The notes under the pieces were generated by a model. That model did not search any database. It was not told where the DNA came from and saw only the letters and a program-made list of their open reading frames with translations. Shown in pieces: positions 58,029-64,000 of a stretch of DNA of 64,000 bases; the first letter of the stretch is position 1; each line of letters begins with the position of its first letter. The stretch is from Methylococcales bacterium (GTDB lineage: Bacteria > Pseudomonadota > Gammaproteobacteria > Methylococcales > Methylomonadaceae), in the NCBI GenBank assembly GCA_023144875.1, contig JAGLEW010000050.1, positions 1,537 to 65,536 on the forward strand, read 5' to 3'. The position numbers were made by a program, and so were the translations under genes.

Positions 58029-59237
58029 CTATTTTTTAGTCGCGGCAATTCGCATTCTTAGCGCATTTAACTTAATAAATCCCTCGGCATCTTTTTGGTT
58101 ATATGCCCCTTCATCATCTTCAAAGGTGGCGATGGCTTCATCAAATAAGCTATTCGTTGCTGACATGCGCCCAACCACGCTAACAGTCCCCTTGTATAAT
58201 TTTACCCGAACTTTACCATTAACGCTGACTTGTGAGGCATCAATCATCGTCTGTAACATTTCACGTTCTGGCGCCCACCAATAGCCGTTGTAAATAAGTG
58301 ACGCATAACGAGGCATTAACTCATCTTTTAAATGAGCCACTTCACGATCTAAGGTTAACGACTCAATCGCTCGATGCGCTTTGAGCATAATGGTGCCTGC
58401 GGGTGTTTCATAACAACCACGAGACTTCATCCCCACATAACGGTTTTCGACAATATCCAATCGTCCAACCCCATTATCACCGCCGAGTTTATTTAATTTC
58501 TCCATGACTTCATGCGGTTTATGATCTATCCCATCAATGGCAATAATATCGCCCTTTAGGTAAGTCAATTCTATATAAGTTGCTTGATTTGGCGCTTTTT
58601 CGGGGGATACTGACCACAGCCACATATCATCTTCAGCCTCTGCCCAAGGATCTTCTAAAATACCGCCTTCATAAGAAATATGCAGTGAATTAGCATCCAT
58701 AGAATAAGGCGACGCTTTGCCTTTTTTCTTATCAATACTAATCCCATGTGTGTCCGCATAAGCCAATAAGGCTTGACGCGAGTTTAAATCCCATTCACGC
58801 CACGGGGCAATTATTTTAATATCAGGGCGTAAGGCATACGCACCTAACTCAAAACGTACTTGATCGTTACCTTTGCCTGTAGCACCATGTGAAACCGCTT
58901 CTGCGCCTGTTTCATTAGCAATTTCAATTAAACGTTTAGCGATTAAGGGGCGTGCAATAGAGGTTCCTAATAAATATTCCCCCTCATAAATCGTATTAGC
59001 GCGAAACATAGGAAATACATAATCTCGGGCAAATTCTTCACGTAAATCTTCAATATATATTTCTTTAATACCCATCGCTTCGGCTTTCAAACGAGCAGGT
59101 TCGACTTCTTCACCTTGACCTATGTCTGCGGTAAAAGTGACTACTTCAGCGGCGTATTCATCTTGCAACCATTTTAAAATAACGGACGTATCTAAACCAC
59201 CCGAGTAAGCTAAAACCACTTTTTTGATGTCTGACAT
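58029..59237 (-). CDS. argG: Argininosuccinate synthase (type I)
   Basis: [12 protein letters not shown]-binding motif, [13 protein letters not shown] and RCYETPAG-like motifs. 402 aa. Confidence 0.96.
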   Translation of the reverse strand: MSDIKKVVLAYSGGLDTSVILKWLQDEYAAEVVTFTADIGQGEEVEPARLKAEAMGIKEIYIEDLREEFARDYVFPMFRANTIYEGEYLLGTSIARPLIAKRLIEIANETGAEAVSHGATGKGNDQVRFELGAYALRPDIKIIAPWREWDLNSRQALLAYADTHGISIDKKKGKASPYSMDANSLHISYEGGILEDPWAEAEDDMWLWSVSPEKAPNQATYIELTYLKGDIIAIDGIDHKPHEVMEKLNKLGGDNGVGRLDIVENRYVGMKSRGCYETPAGTIMLKAHRAIESLTLDREVAHLKDELMPRYASLIYNGYWWAPEREMLQTMIDASQVSVNGKVRVKLYKGTVSVVGRMSATNSLFDEAIATFEDDEGAYNQKDAEGFIKLNALRMRIAATKK

Positions 59238-59484
59238 AAATCTTTTTGATACCGTTGAGCTAAATTTTTTGATTATACCCCAAAATAAATGGAAGATGAG
59301 TGATATTTGTTATTTAAGGTTTTATTAAAATAGGGATTTGAAAATGCGAACATTTAGAAGCTTTATATTCTATGGCTCAATTTTTTAAAGCCATCCGTTC
59401 ATCTTGAAAAATCATGACAACCATTTCACTATAATGGTAAAGTGAGTAGGGTCAATTGTGGCAATAATTTTTGAGAGGAAACAA

Positions 59485-59832
59485 ATGAACATTAAACTAT
59501 TCATTTTATCGGCTGTCTTATCCTTATTCACCATGAACAGCTATGGCGCTAATGTTGATGAGTGGGTATATAAAGAGGTAACGGGTAATTTAAAATCAAA
59601 CCCTGGTTGCTTAACAAAAGAAAAAGCGATTAAAAAAGCAATAAAACCATATCGTTTTAAAAAATATAGTACGTTACTATGCAATGAAATTGGTTATGGT
59701 TGGAGTCGTGACAAAGTCTTGGATAAAGGCACTATCGAATGTAACGAATGTGGTGGTGAGTATGAAGGCTTTTATCGTTGTTATGCTCAAGATGTAAAAG
59801 TAAAATGCAAACAAGTGAAGCGCAGCTGGTAA
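59485..59832 (+). CDS. Secreted Cys-rich small protein, unknown function
   Basis: GAGAGGAAA Shine-Dalgarno sequence before ATG 59485. Signal peptide MNIKLFILSAVLSLFTMNSYGA. Six Cys in the mature part, including CNEC. The ORF track starts at GTG 59458. Confidence 0.5.
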   Translation: MNIKLFILSAVLSLFTMNSYGANVDEWVYKEVTGNLKSNPGCLTKEKAIKKAIKPYRFKKYSTLLCNEIGYGWSRDKVLDKGTIECNECGGEYEGFYRCYAQDVKVKCKQVKRSW

Positions 59833-59852
59833 CGCATAAGTTTTGAGATTTA

Positions 59853-59887
59853 TACTGCCTTAAAGCGCAACATACTTTAAGGTAGTA
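59853..59887 (+). terminator. Hairpin downstream of the Cys-rich secreted-protein gene
   Basis: TACTgCCTTAAAG, a 9-nt loop, then CTTTAAGGtAGTA (12 of 13 paired). A T-rich tract follows only ~20 nt later. Confidence 0.35.
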
Positions 59888-59974
59888 CTATAATTAAAAA
59901 TGAATTTTTTTAAATTTACGACAAAATAACAAATACCTATAAAAATAACAAATACTTAATAAAAAGGAATCATA

Positions 59975-60370
59975 ATGCTAAAAGAGATTACCGTTGCCAA
60001 TTATATGGCGAAGAAAATTGTAACCTTAACACCAGACACCGAAATTTTAGCCGCCATTAATCAATTATTATCCCATCGAATTACCAGTGCGCCTGTTTTA
60101 GATACTAATGGTCAATTATTGGGTATTTTTTCTGAAAAAGACTGCATTAAAGTGGCGTTAGAAACGGTTTATAACAAGGGCATTACCAAAAATGTTTCAG
60201 ATTATATGCTCAAAGATATTATGACCGTCGATGTGGATGCGAGTATTATTGAACTTGCGGAAAAATTTGAAAAAAGTGACATTAGAAGTTATCCCGTTTA
60301 TGATGGAAAAAGATTAGTTGGTATGATTAGTCGCGCGGACATATTAAGAGCCTTAGTCGCGATATTATAA
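59975..60370 (+). CDS. CBS-domain pair protein
   Basis: 131 aa with two CBS repeats (VANYMAKKIVTLTPDT...ITSAPVLDTNGQLLGIFSEKD; VSDYMLKDIMTVDVD...YPVYDGKRLVGMISRADIL). Confidence 0.75.
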   Translation: MLKEITVANYMAKKIVTLTPDTEILAAINQLLSHRITSAPVLDTNGQLLGIFSEKDCIKVALETVYNKGITKNVSDYMLKDIMTVDVDASIIELAEKFEKSDIRSYPVYDGKRLVGMISRADILRALVAIL

Positions 60371-60379
60371 GAGGCGAAC

Positions 60380-61807
60380 ATGGCAAATACCCGCAGTTTT
60401 TATTGGCATGATTATGAAACCTTTGGTACCGACCCACGCCGTGATTGGCCAACACAATTTGCAGGTATTCGCACCGATTTTGAGTTTAACATTATCGAAG
60501 ATCCTGTAACGCTTTATTGTCAAACAACCTCCGACTGTCTACCTCAACCCGATGCCTGTCGTATTACAGGTATTACGCCTCAAATTGCGACTGAAAAAGG
60601 GGTTTGTGAAGCAGAGTTTATCAAAAAAATTCACCAGCAATTTATTCAGCCTAATACCTGTGCAGTCGGTTATAACAGCATCCGTTTTGATGATGAAGTG
60701 ACTCGTAACAGTTTGTATCGTAATTTACATGATCCTTATGAACGTGAATGGCGACATGGTAATTCACGTTGGGATATTATTGATATGGTACGCGCAGCCA
60801 GAGCTTTGCGCCCTGAAGGAATTAACTGGGTGGATGATGACGAGGGTCGTCCAAGCTTTCGTTTAGAAAAACTCACAAAAGCCAACGATATTAGTCATGA
60901 ATCGGCACATGATGCTTTATCGGATGTACATGCCACCATTGCAATGGCAAAACTAGTCAAACAAGCACAACCTAAATTATACGATTTTTTATTCGCGCAT
61001 CGTGGTAAAAAAGCCGTCAACCAATTACTAAAACTGGGAAGTTTTGAACCCTTAGTGCATATTTCAGGCATGTATCCTGCGATAAAAGGCTGTTTAGCGA
61101 TTGTTTTACCGATTTGTTTACACCCTACGAATACTAATGGCGTGATTGTGTATGATTTATCACAAGACCCAAACGCTTTATTGACCTTAAGCGCTGAACA
61201 AATAAACCAACGCTTATTTACCCCCAATGCAGATTTACCTGAGGGCGTGGAACGCATCGCGTTAAAAACGGTACATATTAATAAGTGTCCAATTCTTGCG
61301 CCTCTTGCTGTTTTAAAACCTAATGACCTTGATCGTCTCACGATTGATCGAGACACCTGCAAAAAAAATGCAGAAAAAATTAAAAATGCACCGTCCTTAA
61401 TCGCAAAATTAGACGATGTTTTTACCTCAACCCATTTTGAAGCCGAAACGAATCCTGATTTAATGATTTACAGTGGAGGGTTTTTTAGTGGTAAAGATAA
61501 AACACTTATGGGTCAAATTAGAAATACTCCAATTAATCAACTCGCTCATTTAAGTCCTCATTTTCAAGATTCACGACTAGCAGAAATGTTCTTTCGTTAC
61601 AAAGCCCGTAATTATCCACAAACCTTATCAGCCGATGAAACACAACGCTGGCAAACATTTTGTCAGGATAAATTAACCGATAAACGTTTAGGGGCAAGCC
61701 TAACCCTTGCAGAATATCGTCAACGGATTGATGAACTAAAGCAATTAGAAGGTCCAGATACTCATTACATTACCGCGTTAGAAGCGTATTTAGAAAAACG
61801 CCTTTAA
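60380..61807 (+). CDS. sbcB: Exodeoxyribonuclease I
   Basis: 475 aa (same as E. coli). FYWHDYETFG DEDD motif I, GYNSIRFDDEV, and HDALSDV motif III. Confidence 0.93.
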   Translation: MANTRSFYWHDYETFGTDPRRDWPTQFAGIRTDFEFNIIEDPVTLYCQTTSDCLPQPDACRITGITPQIATEKGVCEAEFIKKIHQQFIQPNTCAVGYNSIRFDDEVTRNSLYRNLHDPYEREWRHGNSRWDIIDMVRAARALRPEGINWVDDDEGRPSFRLEKLTKANDISHESAHDALSDVHATIAMAKLVKQAQPKLYDFLFAHRGKKAVNQLLKLGSFEPLVHISGMYPAIKGCLAIVLPICLHPTNTNGVIVYDLSQDPNALLTLSAEQINQRLFTPNADLPEGVERIALKTVHINKCPILAPLAVLKPNDLDRLTIDRDTCKKNAEKIKNAPSLIAKLDDVFTSTHFEAETNPDLMIYSGGFFSGKDKTLMGQIRNTPINQLAHLSPHFQDSRLAEMFFRYKARNYPQTLSADETQRWQTFCQDKLTDKRLGASLTLAEYRQRIDELKQLEGPDTHYITALEAYLEKRL

Positions 61808-62093
61808 GTTTGTGCGAATTTTTTGATGTTTGTATACCTGCTCATTAATCTTAGAGTAAACCAAATTCCTTGATTTCAATAAATGTATTTTACAAACACC
61901 ATGTTATACATCTATAGTTTTTTCACCGTTGCCACATCGTAGCGGTCAACGTTGAAAGCCTAAGTATTACGAACCTCTGTACACGACAAAAAATTAACGT
62001 TTAAACCCTCTTCGCTATAGCTATCAATTAATATTTTATCCCTTAACGCTTCATTTCCTTTAACAGTTTTAATTCTATGGCTTCATTCATTTT

Positions 62094-62894
62094 TTAGGAT
62101 GAGGTGGATGTTAATGTTTTAAAATCAAACAAATCAAGATCGGCTAATTGCGAGGGCGCGACATGTTGTAAGCTACTAAAAATAGTTTCCAAGCGCCCAG
62201 GGAATTGCTTGTCCCATGTTTCGAGCATCACTTTCATGGCTTGGCGCTGTAAATTCGTTTGCGAACCACACAAGTTACAGGGAATAATCGGATAGTCTTT
62301 TAAGGCTGCAAAACGATTGATGTCCTTTTCTCGACAATAGGCTAAGGGGCGAATCACAATATTGCGTTTATCATCGCTTAATAATTTGGGTGGCATAGCT
62401 TTTAATTTTCCGCCATAAAAAATATTAAGGAAAAACGTCTCGATAATATCATCCCGATGATGCCCTAATGCCATTTTAGTCACCCCATTTTCAGCGGCAT
62501 AGCTGTATAAACTACCCCGTCGTAATCTTGAACATAAACTGCAAGTGGTTTTGCCTTCAGGGATAATCCGTTTGACAATACTGTAAGTATCATGATTAAT
62601 GATATGGTACGGAACGCCAATGGACTCTAAGTAATCAGGTAAAACATGTTCAGGAAAATCAGGCTGTTTTTGGTCTAAATTCACCGCAATAATTTCAAAA
62701 TCAATCGGAGCGGTTTTTTGTAAATTTAATAAAATTTCCAATAAGGTGTATGAGTCTTTACCGCCTGATAAACACACCATGACTTTATCGCCTGCTTCAA
62801 TCATATTGTAATCGGCAATCGCATCACCAACATGGTGGCGCAAACGTTTGTGTAATTTATTTAGCGCCAAGCGATCTTTTTTAGAATGGGTCAT
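62094..62894 (-). CDS. ttcA: tRNA 2-thiocytidine(32) synthetase TtcA
   Basis: PP-loop VCLSGGKDS and Cys motifs [10 protein letters not shown] and CNLCGSQ. Confidence 0.92.
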   Translation of the reverse strand: MTHSKKDRLALNKLHKRLRHHVGDAIADYNMIEAGDKVMVCLSGGKDSYTLLEILLNLQKTAPIDFEIIAVNLDQKQPDFPEHVLPDYLESIGVPYHIINHDTYSIVKRIIPEGKTTCSLCSRLRRGSLYSYAAENGVTKMALGHHRDDIIETFFLNIFYGGKLKAMPPKLLSDDKRNIVIRPLAYCREKDINRFAALKDYPIIPCNLCGSQTNLQRQAMKVMLETWDKQFPGRLETIFSSLQHVAPSQLADLDLFDFKTLTSTSS

Positions 62895-62926
62895 TATTTA
62901 ACGTATAGAATTTAAAAGCAAAAAGG

Positions 62927-64000
62927 ATGAAATTTATCAAGCATTATTTTACGCAGTTTTTATGTCAGATTAAACAGAATTCATGTGTACAACTGTTAGC
63001 GTCTATCAGATTCAATACCTTAAATTTTAGGTTATTATTTTCAACAGGGCTGGTAATGGCGGCTTTTTTCATATTAGCGTTAGTGGTATTAGAACGTAGT
63101 TTTCGTGACAGTGCGGAACAAACCTTAAAAGAAAAATTGCAAATTCAGGTTTATGCATTGTTGTCGGTCGCTGAACTGGATGAAACGGGCAAGTTAGTGA
63201 TGCCTAGTGAGATTAAAGAACCCCGTTTGTCCAACCCTAGCTCTGGTTTGTACGCGGTTATTCGACGCGCAAGCCATAAACTTATTTGGAAATCAAAATC
63301 CGCTGTTGCCGTGCAAGTAAACCCTTTAAATAGTTTTGAGGCAGGCAGAACCATCTTTTTAGAAGATAAACAAGAACGTTATGTCTTGCATTATGGTTTT
63401 ACGTGGGATTATAAAAAAAAATCTCTCAAACGAAAGTACGTTATTTCTGTCGCTGAAGATGGTTTTTTTGTTAAACGCCAAATTCAACGATTTCACTCCA
63501 CCTTAAAAGCATGGTTTTTTTCGATTGGGCTGGTTTTAGTGCTGATGCAATTTTTAATTTTACAATGGAGTTTAAAGCCATTGCGTTGTATTGTCAGCGA
63601 CTTAGAGGCTATTGAAGAAGGAAAAAAAAGCAGTCTTGACGGCGATTATCCCGAAGAATTATCAGGGCTTACGCACAATTTAAACGCGTTTATTCACACC
63701 GAACGCGCCCATTTAGAACGTTATCGAAACACGCTTGCCGATTTATCCCACAGCTTAAAAACACCGCTGGCAATTTTAAACAGTGGGGTTGAAACCAATG
63801 ATATTTCTCAAGTTGATATGCAGTTACAAATCATGCGCATGAATGAAATTATTAGCTATCAATTGCAAAAAGCCGCCGCGAAAGGTCAACAAAAACTCAC
63901 CAGTACGGTTAATCCACAAACTATTATTCAAAAAATTATTACCTCGCTGGATAAAGTCTATTTTGAAAAAAAGATAATATTTGAATTTAATCCCGAAGGC
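62927..64000 (+). CDS. PhoQ-like sensor histidine kinase, N-terminal 358 aa; the 3' end lies outside the window
   Basis: Not in the ORF track because it has no in-window stop. My translation of frame 2 is open from ATG 62927 to 64000. It shows TM1 ([20 protein letters not shown]), a periplasmic domain, TM2 ([17 protein letters not shown]), HAMP ([17 protein letters not shown]) and an H-box, [26 protein letters not shown] (compare E. coli PhoQ [26 protein letters not shown]). Confidence 0.8.
   Translation, partial: [358 protein letters not shown]

Noticed and set aside
60895-61362. 155-aa ORF antisense to sbcB
   Set aside because: It lies entirely within a well-supported sbcB coding region. 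Its product is compositionally odd (rich in Ser, Cys, Arg and Lys), it has no Shine-Dalgarno sequence and no recognisable motif. This is typical of a frame kept open opposite a coding strand.
61921-61954. Imperfect inverted repeat in the sbcB/ttcA spacer as an intrinsic terminator
   Set aside because: The stem needs two G-U pairs, and the T-run precedes rather than follows it on the plus strand, so an A-run follows it on the minus strand. It does not fit a rho-independent terminator in either direction.
1-64000. Search for tRNA, rRNA, CRISPR arrays, IS elements, integrases and prophage genes
   Set aside because: No intergenic region exceeds 286 bp. None shows cloverleaf-compatible stems, regularly spaced repeats or terminal inverted repeats, and no ORF carries DDE, tyrosine-recombinase or serine-recombinase motifs. 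This was by-eye inspection only, so small ncRNAs cannot be excluded.

Overview
This is a chromosomal, housekeeping-rich segment from a low-GC gammaproteobacterium. Several gene blocks keep E. coli/Pseudomonas-like order: ileS-lspA, maf-rng-yhdP-(C-N hydrolase), nlpD-rpoS, nadB<>rpoE-rseA-rseB, dksA-gluQ, aat-bpt and lepA-lepB-(DUF4845)-rnc-era. I cannot place the genus from sequence alone. I call 63 protein-coding genes. Two are partial at the window edges: tamB at the 5' edge, and a PhoQ-like sensor kinase at the 3' edge that is absent from the ORF track because it has no in-window stop. By eye I found no rRNA, tRNA, CRISPR array, transposase, integrase or phage gene. All identifications rest on motifs read from the supplied translations and on alignments recalled from memory; no BLAST or HMM search was run. 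The window is mostly core genome with small accessory pockets. The most interesting are: (1) a DltC-like carrier protein plus a stand-alone condensation-type (HxxxD) enzyme, translationally coupled and embedded directly behind the aminoacyl-tRNA-protein transferase genes aat-bpt, with no adenylating enzyme nearby; (2) a 733-aa protein joining a long N-terminal region (possible degenerate Fic/Doc-like motif) to a zeta-toxin-family P-loop kinase, followed 47 nt later by a canonical PilZ protein and with no epsilon-type antidote; (3) a TraR-like LuxR solo with three of six ligand-pocket residues substituted, co-oriented with a TMEM43/DUF1625 homolog, in a minus-strand block that splits cobQ from cbiB; (4) an intact gluQ with no ATG/GTG/TTG start, opening 1 nt after the dksA stop; (5) an orphan bona fide pqqC; and (6) an rpoE-rseA-rseB operon that ends in an orphan NodT-type outer-membrane channel instead of rseC.
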